NCBI RefSeq assembly: GCF_009914755.1
Contig: NC_060940.1
DNA from: the human T2T-CHM13v2.0 reference genome, Homo sapiens
DNA length: 64,000 bases
Strand: one strand, 5' to 3'
The first letter of the stretch is position 1, and each line of letters opens with the position of its first letter. Below, piece by piece: positions 22,556 to 37,262 of the stretch. The notes under the pieces are model-generated. The model worked only from the letters and a program-made list of their open reading frames with translations. It was not told the DNA's origin and searched no databases. The translations under genes and the position numbers were made by a program.

Positions 22556-25502
22556 TAAATAGGATATCTAGATGGACTGTATGTACATGAAGTTTTAGAA
22601 GCAGCAGTCTAGAGTATGGTTGAGCAAGTGAGTTTCACACAAACTCTGATGTACTATTTAATTTAATCTCCCTCTTGAGGCAGATGTCTATTTGACTTGT
22701 CCTAAGTGTCCTATTCACATGAGATTTTTATCTTCTGAGCCAGGAAGCCACCCCTCATTGGATATTTTTCAACTTGATTAAAAGAAAAGAATCATAGAAT
22801 GTTTTGTCTGGATAATACCCAAGGAAAATTCAACCTATTATTCTCATTTTAAATACAGACACTGAAATCTAGGGTCACCTCTGTGCTTCCTATTGGTATT
22901 ACCAAAACTGTAATAGGGATTTTCATGTATAGGGGATGTTCCTGGTTCTATACAATAAGATAGGAAGATAAAGCTGGGCTATAGCACCAATTAAAAACTC
23001 TTTTTCATTTACAACTTGAGTTCTTTAAGCCTAACAAATTTCTAACGTACTAACTAAAACCTAAGAGGCTAAAAGAATATTCACATCTAGAAAATGGAAG
23101 ACAAACCAAATCTGGTAAATTTTCATCATCTTATACAGTTTAATCCTCCTCTCATTTCTTATCATCATCACCAACCTCTCTTTGACAGAGTCTTTACAGC
23201 TCAAAAGCAAGTCAAAACTCGTACCAGAATTGATTGTCACAAAACCTTATGAGTTTAAAAGCCCAGGAAACATCATTCCCAGTTTTCAGATGACAAACAG
23301 AAATTCTGAGAGCTAATATAACCTACTGCAGGTCATGTGACTACCACTAAACTTATCATCAGGGCCATTCAAATGAAATTCTCTAAATTAACGAGTGAAT
23401 AAATAAATCAATGCATGAGTGTCCCGACTTCAAATGTGCTTAAATATGAACTAGAATATTTTAAAACACACCTTCAGTAACCATATCAGTTGAAGAGCTT
23501 AAGCATATATCCAGTGGAATCCAAATCTTTGTAAGTTTGAAAAAAATAAAATGATAGTGTTTGCTCTTCCTACAATGGGTTGTTTTCCTTAAAGTATTAT
23601 GATAACTTCTGGTAACTGGGGAAAGTAAAAAGTTATTTGAAAGTCAAACAATTATAAGCTAAAAAAAATAAAAACAGAAAAAGTGTTTTTCGGCCATAGC
23701 CATCTATAAGGTATTGTGCAAGAAGTGTATTTTACAATGAGGCAATCTCAGGAAAAGCTACAATAAACCCAATTTTCTTTCAGGGAATTTTCACTGTTTT
23801 AAATCTCATTTCCTTTTGTTTTTTCTAAATTTTTGTAATACAGCTCAGGAGATTGGTGACAAAAACAACATAATGAATTTTCAGGCTGCATAATTTATGA
23901 CTCCATACTCATAGCAACAGTTTTAACCTCCACTGGTATTTACATTTGCCCTCTATTTCCCAGATTCAAATGGTCTTTCTAAAGAGATTGGTTTCATGCA
24001 GAGACAGGATAGTAATCAGAAATTTCTGTCTTACTCACAATAAATCAGAGTGATCTCTGTCTGCATTTGTGGCCACCACTGAAACAAAACGCACCTCTGA
24101 CTGAGGAATGCATGTGGACTATTAACTGCTTGAGTTTTTATTTCCCTTAAAGATACTTTTTTGAATTAGTTTAATGTTTCCAAAATAGGGTGTCTTCATG
24201 GCATATTAAAACAATTTAACTAACAGCTGAAGTCCTTGCCAGTTCATAAAACCATGTGTTAGATATCGTAATTATAGCAAATATCTGTGATGCGGAAAAG
24301 GAAAGAGAAAAAATAAAAACAGAAGTATATATTTTATTGATATTTTAATAAATAAATTGCCGACACAAACACCCTTTAAATTCAGACTCTTTTACTGAAG
24401 CAAATCAGAATATAAAGTGTTCCTCCATCACGTTAAATAGAATAGAGCCACGTGAGGGTATTGCAGCAGAAATGCTATTGACAATAGCAGAAGATGCATA
24501 AATTACTTGAAAATTTGAGTCGGAAGAAATTGACATTCAAAAGACCCAGGCAGCCCAGACAGTCCATTATCCATTTAACCGCATAACTGCCTCAGACACA
24601 ACTGCCTGATCATTGCTGGCCCAGATGCTTTAGCGAGAAAACTGTCTACAACAGCTAAGCATCTGGATGTAGCAATTGTTACGATAAGGATGAAATCATT
24701 TATAAGGAACCTTAAAAAGACAGGAATTTTGCCTTGCCAGAGAGAACCAGTGGGCAAGATGCCAAAGCAGCACATACTACACATCAAGATATGTGGTGAG
24801 AAGCAAGTCATGCATTGTTCTGCTTAAAGTCAAAATTCAGACACACTCATAGAATTGAACACACTTGAAGATTCTTAATACCATTTAGTGAGTACAATGA
24901 GGAAATGCTGATGATGATGCTTCTATACTGTTTTTGTTATTAGAAGTTGATCTAACTCTTCTTAATTTTCATGTAAGAGTCTGTATTGTTTTGTTATTTT
25001 GATTCCTAACAGTCTAGATTTTGAACATTAATGTTGCGGACAAAGATGTGAAAGGAAAAATTTGGCTGTCTGATGAACAGGAAGAAGAGAAATTAGAGGA
25101 TATGTGTCCATTAGTCCACATTATGACAAAATAGTTAATAAATTCTGAGATAAAATCATTCAAAGCAGCTCGCTGAAGTTCCATGAATGACAAGCAAAAC
25201 AAAGGACCCTCTTTTTCAACAATTATATAGGCATAGCCATTCCAGCAGGTAAAATTAAATGCAGCTGTGTCACTATCTGAACTGTCATGTTCAGCATCAT
25301 ACACATAGTTTTACTTCTTAACTTACTCTAACATCTAGGATAAGGTTCTTGACTCCAGGAAAATCCATTAGGGCATCTCCAAAAGACAGACTGGGGAGTG
25401 ATAGACGTGCTAAACTACCAAAGTGGTTAGCCAAAGAGTAAGTGATAAAGCCATAGCCAAATTGGAAAGTAAAAATAAATGCCACAAAGATGGTGATGAA
25501 TA

Positions 25503-25625
25503 GTCATTCATTCATTTATTTATTCTTCAGATACTGATTGAGCATCCATGACCTGCCAGACTTAATGGGAATGAGTAAGAATGAAGTAGACAAATCCTTT
25601 TTTCTTGAGATGATCATTATACTAG
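25503..25625 (-). mobile_element. L2 3' end
   Basis: tcattcattcatttattt...gatactgattgagcatcc...tgccagac. Confidence 0.6.
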
Positions 25626-25999
25626 TGATTAGTGTGGGATGATTGTTGTACCACTATTTCTGGCCTCCAACTCTCTCCTACTGAACTAACTTCTATGGAG
25701 CTTAGATTTCTCAATCAACACATAATCAAACTTTCCACATTTTATTAGTCAAATTACAGTTTGAGAACCACTGATCTATTGAGATTCGGATTGCTAAACT
25801 GACCATTTCAATGAAACATCTTGACACATAGCTTTGCCTCTTTACTTTGTCAAATCTTTATTTTACAAATTTAAAAATTACTTTAACAAATTACATTTTA
25901 TTTTTCTTGATTCAGGCTTTATTTTTCAAACAAAATAGTTTATGTCTATAAACCTTCTTAAAGTTTTTCTTAGCTGAAACTCATTTTAAGTAACCATCC

Positions 26000-27260
26000 A
26001 AGAAAAGAGACAATAACTCACATAGTGTTGGTATTATATAACATCAGTGAACTTCTACAACATTTCTATTACTCCAAAAAGCTCCTTCTTGTTACCTTTC
26101 AGGTAAGCCCCATCAGCTTCCCAAGTCTGTGGCTTTAACAGCAAGGCACAGATGATGGACACAAAGGTTTTTTAATAGAAGGATTATGAAGAGGGCAACA
26201 TGTAGTTTCTTATAGTTAAAAGTTAAAACTATAGAAAGAATGCCTGGATCTACCAGTCCCATGACATAACAGTTGTGTATTGCATGTTTCATTTTATGAG
26301 GTAACTACTGTTCTGATTTTTATCATAATAAATTATTTTGCCTGCTCTCATACTTCTTATATGCACTTTGGTTTCTGGTTCCTTTCACTTAACATGATGT
26401 TTTTTGAGATTTATCCATGTTTCTGAGTGTTTTAGTAATTCATTCTTTATTGCAGAGTATATTCCACATTTTCTTAATCCAGTTTCCTTTTGATAGACAG
26501 TTGGTTCATTTCCAGTTTTTATTTTCCAGACACAAACTTTTCTTTTTCTCCAATAAATACCTAGGAATAGAATTATGGGGTCATAGGATATAGGTATGTC
26601 TAATTTTATATGATAATATCTTCAGCTTTCCAAAGTGACTGTATAGTTTTACACATATACCAAATATGTTGATAGTTTCACTGTTCCATATGCTAGCCAA
26701 TATTGCATATCATCAGTCTTTCTGATTTTGTTTTTGTAACTGTTCTAGTGGATTCAAAACAATGTGTAATTGGGGTTTTAATATGCATTTTCATACACAT
26801 AATAATGTTAGATACCATTTTATGTGCTTGTTAGTTATTTGTATAACTTCTTTTGTAATGTGTCTGTTCAAGTCCCCTACTTTTGAGTTATTGAGTTATG
26901 TGTTGCTGATTTTTATTTCTTCTTCTGTCCTAAATACAAATATTTTGTTAGATATATATGTTCCAGTGTTTTATCTCAGTCCCTGTCCTGCTGTTTTATT
27001 TAACTAACAGTGTTTCGGCGTGAGTAAAAGGGTGTGTGTGTGTATGTGAATAAATTCAAATCCATCTTTTGAAAAAATGTAGTGGTTTTTAAAACTAGTT
27101 GAAGGAATCTTTGTCTACCCCAAGGTGATAAAATATTTCCTCTTATGCTTTCTTACATAAACCTTAATGTTTTAAGTGATGCATTTATGTCAGTGATCTT
27201 TTTGGAATTAATCTTTGTGTACAGTGTGATATAGGAGTCAAAGTTAAGTTTTTTATGTCT
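26000..27260 (-). mobile_element. Ancient L1ME-like 3' region
   Basis: ttttgagatttatccatgtt...ttccagttttt...tacctaggaatagaattatggggtcatagg, degenerate reverse L1 3' ORF2/UTR. Confidence 0.7.
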
Positions 27261-27347
27261 CACATATTTTAATGTGTGCCAATGCTTTATCTAAATGTTG
27301 TTCAGATTTTAAAATAACTTCTACAGAATATGTTTGAGGTATTTTCT

Positions 27348-28400
27348 TAATGAACTTTATTTTGTAGAGAAGTTTTAGGTTCCCAGCAAAAATCAAGTAA
27401 AAAGTACGAAAATCCATACACCTACTTTCCATTCCTCACAAACACACACCCTTCTCCCATCAACATCCCATACCAGAGTAGTATATTTGTTACAATAAAT
27501 GAACCTATATTGGCACATCATTATCACTCAAAGTCCATAGTTTACCATTAGAATGTATTCTTGGTGTTCCATATTCTGTGAGTTGGGATCAGTGTATAAT
27601 GATATATCCACCAATATAACATCATACAGAGTTTCACCACCCTTAAAATCCTCTCTGTTCTACTGATTCACCCTGCTCAACTCTCTAACTCCTGGTAAGC
27701 ACTGGTTCTTTCACTATCTTCATAGTTTTTCATTTTACAGAACATTATATAGATGGAATCATACAGGATGTAGCCTTTTCAGATTGCCTTCTTTTACTTG
27801 GTAATATGCATTTAACTTTCCTTCATGTCTTTTAATGACATAATAGTTCATTTATTTTTAGTGCCATATAATATTGCATTATCTCAGTGTACCAGAGATT
27901 ATCTAGTTACTTCAAGTTTGGTAATTGTTAATAAAGCTGTTATAAATATCCATATGCAGGTTTGAGTGGGGACATAAGTTTTCAACTGTTTTAGGAAAAT
28001 ACCAAAGAGTGCAATTACGGGATCATAGGGTAAGAATATGTTTACCTTTATAAGAAATCATCAAACTATTTTCCAAAGTAGCTGTATCATTTTGCATTTC
28101 TCTCAACTATTAATGAGAGCTCCTGTTGCTCCACATTCTCGCTAGCATTTAGTGTTGTTAATGTTTTGGATTTTGGTCATTCTAATAGGTATGTAGTAAT
28201 ATTTAATTGTTGTTATAATTTGCATTTTCCTCGTGACACACTTTGAGCATCTTTTCACACGCTTATTGGATATCTATGTATCCTCTTTGGTTAGGTTTCC
28301 ATTCTGGTGTTTTTCTTCACTTTTAATTAAGTTATCTATTTTCTTATTGTTGACTTTCAATGGTCTTTTTGTATGCTTTAAATAGCAGTTTTCTATCAAA
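27348..28400 (-). mobile_element. L1MC1/2-like 3' end
   Basis: ccagagtagtatatttgttacaataaatgaacctatattggcacatcattatcactcaaagtccatagtttac is characteristic of L1MC 3'UTR. Confidence 0.85.
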
Positions 28401-29039
28401 GTTATTCTTCATACTTTTTCCAGTTATTTCAGAACCAATTTTTGGAAGAATATTTTACTCCCCATTGAATTACACTCATGCTTTTATGTAAAATTAATTG
28501 GCAGTGTTCAATCTGGACAGTAAGGCATGAACTTTTCTCTCTCCCTCTTCCTGTTAAATACAACTATAAATCCCAGAAATAATACAACCAAAGTAGAACT
28601 GTGAAAACTGGAAGACAAAGGCAAACTTACTAGAAAGCTGTTATAAATATCCATATGCAGATTTGAGTGGGGACATAAGTTTTCAACTGTTTTAGATAAA
28701 TACCAAAGAGTGCAATTATGGGATCTGGAAGAACAATAGAGAGGTAGGGCATGTTATGACCTTATACTCAAAAGAAAGTGACATACACCACGAACATGGC
28801 AACAAATTTTGACATGATTTCTCTCTGGAATGGAAGAGTAGTCTTACAAAATACCAAGCAAGCCAGGCAACATGTGATAAACCGATCAGACAAAAATATC
28901 ACCACAGAGGCTCTGAAAATTAGTTTATCATTGGAAACAAAGCCCAGAAATGTAAGCCAAGACTTGCATGGTCAACCAACAGAAGATAATTGCCCAATAA
29001 AATAAACATTTATATGACCCAAATATCTTAATATATCCT

Positions 29040-29063
29040 ACACACACACACACACACACACAC
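29040..29063. repeat. (CA)n microsatellite
   Basis: Direct inspection. Confidence 0.95.
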
Positions 29064-29628
29064 CCCAAATATCCAGGGAAAACTTAAAAATCACTCATAA
29101 TACCAAGAAGCAGAAAAATTACAACTTGGAAATAAAGGAAAATCAACTGATACCAACACTGAGATGAATCAGATATTAGAATCACTTGACAAAGATTTTA
29201 AAGCAACTATTATAAAAACAATTAAAAAACTAATTATAAATATTCTTAAAAACAAAAAATAGAAAAATTTCAGCAAATAAATAAAAGTTATAAAAAAGTA
29301 CCAAATGAAAATTATACTGAAAAATATGATAGCAGAATTTTGAAACAAATCTCACTGGATGGACTCAATAGTAAATAGTAACAAAAAATAGAATCAGTAA
29401 ACTTGAGGACTGATCAATAGGCTTTACTCAATAGAAGCAACAGAGATAAAGTAGACTAAGTCAAGAAACGGTTACCACCAACACCAGTGCAGACCGAATG
29501 GGTTCCAGAGGGTTGTCTGACGACTGCTACTACCATCAGTCATTCCATACCCACTGCCCAGGGGCTCAAGAGCCTACCCACTCACCCAACCCACTGCTGC
29601 CATTCTCAACCCTCAAGAAAGCCACCTG

Positions 29629-29949
<321 letters not shown>

Positions 29950-30422
29950 CTACGGATTCACCTGCCTAGTCTCATGCTAGTGTATAGTGCCATAGGGCCC
30001 CAAACAGGCCCTCTTAGCCCACAGCAGCCATGACTAGGACTTGAAGACTGGCTCAGTTGGCATCCCAGACCCTAGAAAAACTTCATCACAGCCTTCATTG
30101 ACAACTGCACCCTAAGTTACTGAGAAAATCACAGACATCACTGATGCTTTTTATAGCTGAAGAAATCATACAGAGACTATACTTCTGCATGTCCTCAGAT
30201 TTAAAACATAAGTACTCTGCCCAACCAACATCCTAGATACATCTTCAGGAAAACATCTTCCCTTACAGAAGCAAATTCAAAAAAATACAAGAAGTAACCA
30301 TTACACTAGATGCACAGTTATCGATGTAAGGACACAGGAAACATGGAAAAGCCAGGAAATGTGACACTTCCAAGTATATAATAATTTTTCAGCAACAGAT
30401 CTCAGTCGAAAAGAAATTTACA

Positions 30423-30722
30423 GGCTTGGTTTGGTGGCTAATGCCTGAAGTCCCAGCACTTTTAGAGATCAAGACAAGAGGATTACTTGAAGCCAGTAGC
30501 TTGAGATGAGTCTTGGCAACATCAGGAGACCATATCTCTACAATTTTTTTTTAATTAGTGAGGTTTGATGGCTTGTACCTGTAGCCCTAGCTACATGGAG
30601 ACAGAGGCAGGAGGATAATTTGAGTCTAGGAGTTCAAGGTTACAGTGAGCTAGGATGGCACCACTGCACTCTAGCCTGAGTAATAGAGTAAGACTCTGTC
30701 TCTAATTTAAAAAAAGAAAAAA
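30423..30722 (+). mobile_element. AluJ inside L1MA
   Basis: AluJ-type right arm aggagttcaaggttacagtgagctaggatggcacc; imperfect TSD aagaaattta/aaggaattta. Confidence 0.92.
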
Positions 30723-33700
30723 AGGAATTTATGAAGTCCTGGAAAAAGAATTTGAAATATTAAAGAAGTTCAGTGAGATACAGGATAATACTGCTAAATA
30801 ATACAAAGAAATCATAAATATAATTTAGAATATGAATGAGAAATTTACTGAGAGAGATATCATTAAAAAGAGAATAAAAATTCTGGAATTAAATAATATT
30901 TTGAATAAAATATAAAATACACTTGAAAGTTTCGATACTAAATTAAATCAAGCAGAAGAAAAAACCTCAGAACTTGAAGACAGATCTTTTGAAATAACCG
31001 TGTCAGACTAAAATAAAGAAAAAAGAACAAAAAAGAGTGAGCAAAGCCTACCTGACATACAGGACACCAGAAGGCCACCAAATATTGAATATTTTGTGTT
31101 CCAGAAGTCAAAATGAAAATAAAAGAATTAGAAAACCCATTTAACAAAATAATAGATGAAAACTTCATAATTCCCACAACAGATTTAGACATCCAGATAC
31201 AGATGGTTCAGAAATCCCCAAATAGATGCAATGTAGAAAAACCTTCACAGCAGATTATAGTTAAACTATCTAAAGTCAAAGACAAAGAGAGAATTCTGAA
31301 AACAGCAAGAGGAAAGCATCTAGTTATTAATAAGGGAACCCCCATTAGACTAACAGTGGATTTATCAGCAAAATCCTTACAGAGCAGGAGATAATGAGAT
31401 GATATAGTCAAAGTGATGAAAGAAAAAAAAAACTGTCAAACAAACATACTATACCCAGCAAAGGTATCCCTTGTAAATTAAGGAAATATAAAGTCTTTCC
31501 CAGACAGGCAAATACTGAGGGAATTCATCACCACTAGACTGGCTATACAGGAAATCCTTAAGGGAGTCCTATAGCTGGAAAAAAAAAGGAATAATATCTA
31601 TCTTCATGAAAACACATGAAAATATAAAAACCATTGGTAGAGCAAACACACAAAGACTGAAATATTATCACTACAGTAAACCACCAAACCACAATGATAA
31701 ACAATAAGAGAGAAAGAAAGGAACAAAAAATATACAAAACAACCAGAGATCAATTAATAAAATGGAAAGAATAAGCTCTCCAGTATCAATAACTTTGAAT
31801 ATTTGCAGATTAAATTTTCCATGTAAAACAGATAGATTAACTGAAGGTATAAATAAACATGGCCTATTTGCTGCCTAAAAGAAATTTATCTCACATGTTA
31901 AAAAATACACAGACAAAGTAAAGAGGTGGAAAAAGATATTCCATGCAAATGAAAACCAAAAGAGAGGAGGAGCAACTATATTCGTATCAGATAAAACAGA
32001 CTTTAGGTCAAAAACCATAGAAAGAAGGCCATTATATAATGATTACGGGATCAATTTAGTAAGAAAATATAAGAATTATAAACATATATAAACTCAGCAC
32101 CAGAGTACCAAGATACATAAAACAAATATTATTAGATCTAAAGAGAGATATAGACTTCAATACAATAATAGTTGCGGACCTCAACACCTTACTCTCAGCA
32201 TTAGCCATATTATCTAAACAGATAACTAACAAAGAAACTTTGGATTTAAACTGCTCATTAAAGAAAATGGACCAAACAGAAATTTATAGAACATTTTACC
32301 CAACAGCTACAGAATACACATTCTTCTTAACAACATGGAATATCCTCCAGGATAGACCATATTTTAGGGCACAAAACAAGTCTCATCAAATCTTAAAAAC
32401 TTGAAATTATATCAAGAATCTTGACAGATCACAATGAAATAAAACTAGAAATCAAAAACAAGAGAAACTTTGCAAACTGTACATAATACAAGGAAATTAA
32501 ACAACACGTTCCTGAATGACATAAGGTAAATTTTTTTTGAATCTTGAAACAAATGAAAATCGGAACACACCATATAAAAATCTATGAGATATAGCAAAAG
32601 CAGTAAAGTTTATAACAATAAACATTAACAACAAAAATGTAGAAGGCTTTCAAATCAGTAATACAATGATGTATCTCAAGGAATTAGGCTATTACAAACC
32701 AAACACAAAACTATTAAAAGGCAAAATATAAAGAAAATGTGATACATATACACTATAGAATACACATAGCCACAAAAAAGATTGAATCAGGAAAAAAATA
32801 GAAAATAAACAGATCAATAATGAGTAATGGAATTGAAATAATAATAAAAATTATTGCAAGAAATAAAAGTCCAGAACTGGGTAGCTTAACTGAAATCATA
32901 TATTTAACTTTCAATGAAGTATCACCATTTCTTCTCAAGTATTACCAAAAAAAAAAAAAAATGAAGATGAGGAAATTATCTGTAAGTCATTCTACCAGGC
33001 CAGCATAATTCATATGCCAAAACCAGACAAGGACGCAACAAAAAGAGAAAACTAGATGCCAGTGTTTCTGATAAACATAGATACAACAATTGTCAACAAA
33101 ATATTAGAACCAAATCCAATAACATGTCAAAAAAATTATATTAAGATCAAGTCCAATTTATCCCAGGGATGCAAGGATGGTTCAACATACACAAATCAAT
33201 AAATGTAAATTATCACATTAATAGAATGAAGGACAAAAACCATAAAGATAATCTCAATAAATGCAGACAAAGCATTTGAAAAAGTAATATTGTTTTATTA
33301 TAAAAACTCTCAGCAAACTAGGCATAGAAGAAACATATCTCAACCTCATAAAGGCTGTATATGACAAAACCACAGCTAATGTCATACTCAATGAGGAAAA
33401 TCTGAAGCCTTTTATGTAGGAACTGGATCAAAACAAGGATGTCCACTTGCACCACTCATATTCAATATAGTACTAGACATCATAGCCAGAGTGATTAGGC
33501 AAAATAAAAAAAATAAAGAGCCTCCAAAATGAAAAAGAAGAAGTCAAATTGTTTCTCTTTACTAATGATATGATCTTATATCTGAAAGGTTTCTAAAGAA
33601 TTCACCAAAAATCTCTTAGATCTAATAAATAAATTCAATAAAGTTGCAGGATATAAAATCAGCATACAAAAGCAGTAGAATTTCTATACACCAATAATGA

Positions 33701-34671
33701 ACTGAGAAAGAAAGAAATAAATTATTTCCATTTACAATAGCTACCAAAAGTGTATAAAATACCTAGTGATATAGTTAACCAAGGAAATGAATGATCTCTA
33801 CAAGGAAAACTATACCTCACTAATAAAAGAAATTGAAATGGACACAAATACAAAGATATCCCACACTAATGGATCAAGAGAATCAATATTGTTGAAATAA
33901 CCACACTGCCGAAAAGAATATTTTCAATGCAGTCCCTATCAAAATATCAATGTCATTTTTCACAGTAATAGAAAAAACGATTCTAAAATTTGTGAGGAAC
34001 CAATAAAGAGCATGAATAACAAAAGCAATCCTGAGCATAAAGAATAAAGCTAGAGACATCACCCCACTTTTTAAAAAAATATATTACAAGGCTACAGTAA
34101 CAAAATAAGCATGATATTGTTATATATCACAAAAATATTGGCCATTGAAACAGAATAGAGACTCTAAAAATAAATCCACATATTTACATCTAATCGATTT
34201 TCAACAAAGGCTCCAATAATATACACTGGGGAAAAAAACACCCTTTTCAATAAATGATGTTAGAAAATTTTGATATCTATATGCAGAAGAATAAAATTTG
34301 ACCTCTATCTCTCATTCTATACAAAAATCAATTAAACATGGATTAAAAGATTAAATATAAGACTGAAAATATAAAACTGCTAATAGGAAAAATGTTAAAA
34401 CATTTCAGAACATTGGACTAGACAAAGATTTTATGGCCAAGTTCCCCAAAGCATGATCAACAAAATAAAAAATAGACAAATTGGACTATAGTAAACTAAA
34501 AGGCTTCTATACAGCAAAGAAAACAATAAACAGAGTAAAGAGTCAACCTGTTGAATGGGAGAGACTATTTGCAAACTATTCATCTTTCAAGGGACTAATA
34601 TCTTGGATATACAAGGTGCTCACACTTCTCAACAGTTAAAAAAAAAAAGAGTCCCATTACAAAAGTGAGCA

Positions 34672-35160
<489 letters not shown>

Positions 35161-36342
35161 TTAGGGAACTCTTACACACTGCTAGTGGGAATGTAAATTA
35201 GCATAGCCACTATGGAAAACAGTATGGAGATTTGTTTAAAGAGTAAAAATAGAACTACCACAAAATTCAGCAATCCCACTACTGGGTATTTATCCACAGG
35301 AAAATAAATCAGTATATTAAAAGGATACTTGCACTTGCATGTTAATTGCAGTAGTATTCACAATAGCAAAGATATGAAATCAACACAAATGTCCACCTGT
35401 GGAAAAAATGGATAAAGAAAATGTGGTATAGATAAACAATAGAATACTTTTTGACAATAAATAAAGAATAAAATAATGTCATTTGTAGCAACATGGATGG
35501 AAGTGGAGGTCATTATGATACATGAAATAACCCAGGAATAGAAAAATAAATATCTCTCATGTTCTCTTTTATATGTAGGAGCTTAAAAAGTTGATCTCAT
35601 GAAGGTAGAGAGTAGAATAATAGATATCAAAGGCTGGTAAGGGCATGTGGTTGGGAGGAGGCTATAAAAAGAGGTTGCTCAATGAGTATAAACATACAGT
35701 TAGGTAGAAGGTGTAAGTCTAATGTCTGATAGAAGGTAGAGTGACTATAGTTGGCAATAATGTATTGGATATTTCAAAGTAGCTAGAAGAAAGGACTTGA
35801 AATATTCCCAATACAAAGAAATGATAGTCAAAGTGAGATTCTACAGATACCTTGACTTGATCATTACACATTCTATGCCTATAACAAAATATCTCATTTA
35901 CTCCATAAATCTGTGACATATTATGCATAAATTTTTAGAAAGAGAGAAAAATGAACAGGTTCTCAGGTACCTGTGGAATAATAACTAAAGGTCCTAGATG
36001 AATCACTTGAATTTCAGAGGAAGAGGACAGACAGTGAAGGTGTAAAGACATATGAAGAAATAATAGCTATTAAGCTCACAAATTTGACTCAATGTATAAA
36101 CCCATAAATATAAGAAGCTGAGCAAACTCCCAATAAGACAAACCTAAAAGAATCTACAGCAAGATTCATTATAGTGAAAAGGGAAAAATAGTAAAAAAAG
36201 AATACAATTTTTGAAAACAGCCAGAGTAAAATGGTATATATCCTATAGGGGAATACCAATTTAAATAATTTCTCATTTTTCATGATAGAGGTAAGAAAGA
36301 AGTAGTAGAGCATTTTTCAAATGCTGAAAGAAAAGAACTGGC

Positions 36343-37262
36343 GGGGGGAGGAGCCAAGATGGCCGAATAGGAACAGCTCCAGTCTACAGCTTCCAGGGTG
36401 AGCAACGCAGAAGACGGGTGATTTCTGCATTTCCATCTGAGGTACCAGGTTCATCTCACTAGGGAGTGCCAGACAGTGGGCGCAGGTCAGTGGGTGCGCG
36501 CACCGTGCGTGAGCCGAAGCAGGGCGAGGCATTGCCTCACTTGGGAAGCGCAAGGGGTCAGGGAGTTCCCTTTCCGAGTCAAAGAAAGGGGTGACGGACT
36601 CACCTGGAAAATCGGGTCACTCCCACCTGAATATTGTGCTTTTCGGACCGGCTTAAAAAACGGGAGATTATATCCCCGAGATTATATCCGGCACCTGGCG
36701 TGGAGGGTCCTACGCCCACGGAGTCTCGCTGGTTGCTAGCACAGCAGTCTGAGATCAAACTGCAAGGCGGCAGCGAGGCTGGGGGAGGGGCGCCCGCCAT
36801 TGCCCAGGCTTGATTAGGTAAACAAAGCAGCTGGGAAGCTCGAACTGGGTGGAGCCCACCACAGCTCAAGGAGGCCTGCCTGCCTCTGTAGGCTCCACCT
36901 CTGGGGGCAGGGCACAGACAAACAAAAAGACAGCAGTAACCTCTGCAGACTTAAATGTCCCTGTCTGACAGCTTTGAAGAGAGCAGTGGTTCTCCCAGCA
37001 CGCAGCTGGAGATCTGAGAAAGGGCAGACTGCCTCCTCAAGTGGGTCCCTGACCCCTGACCCCCGACCCCCGAGCAGCCTAACTGGAAGGCACCCCCCAG
37101 CAGGGGCACACTGACATCTCACACGGCAGGGTATTCCAACAGACCTGCAGCTGAGGGTTCTGTCTGTTAGAAGGAAAACTAACAAACAGAAAGGACATCC
37201 ACACCAAAAACCCATCTGTACATCACCATCATCAAAGACCAAAAGTAGATAAAACCACAAAG
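36343..37262. promoter_or_regulatory. L1 5'UTR: CpG-rich internal sense promoter with YY1 site, plus antisense promoter
   Basis: caagatggccg YY1 motif at ~36355; the densest CpG stretch in the window outside Alus; promoter activity is inferred from family knowledge. Confidence 0.8.
36600..36800 (-). CDS. ORF0: L1 antisense ORF0 variant, 66 aa
   Basis: MAGAPPPASLPPCSLISDCCASNQRDSVGVGPS...VGVTRFSR* within ORF track entry 36600..36869; expression unknown. Confidence 0.7.
   Translation of the reverse strand: MAGAPPPASLPPCSLISDCCASNQRDSVGVGPSTPGAGYNLGDIISRFLSRSEKHNIQVGVTRFSR

Noticed and set aside
36814-37260. 148-aa antisense ORF and other off-frame ORFs within L1s
   Set aside because: Generic alternative-frame readings of L1 sequence with no locus-specific support
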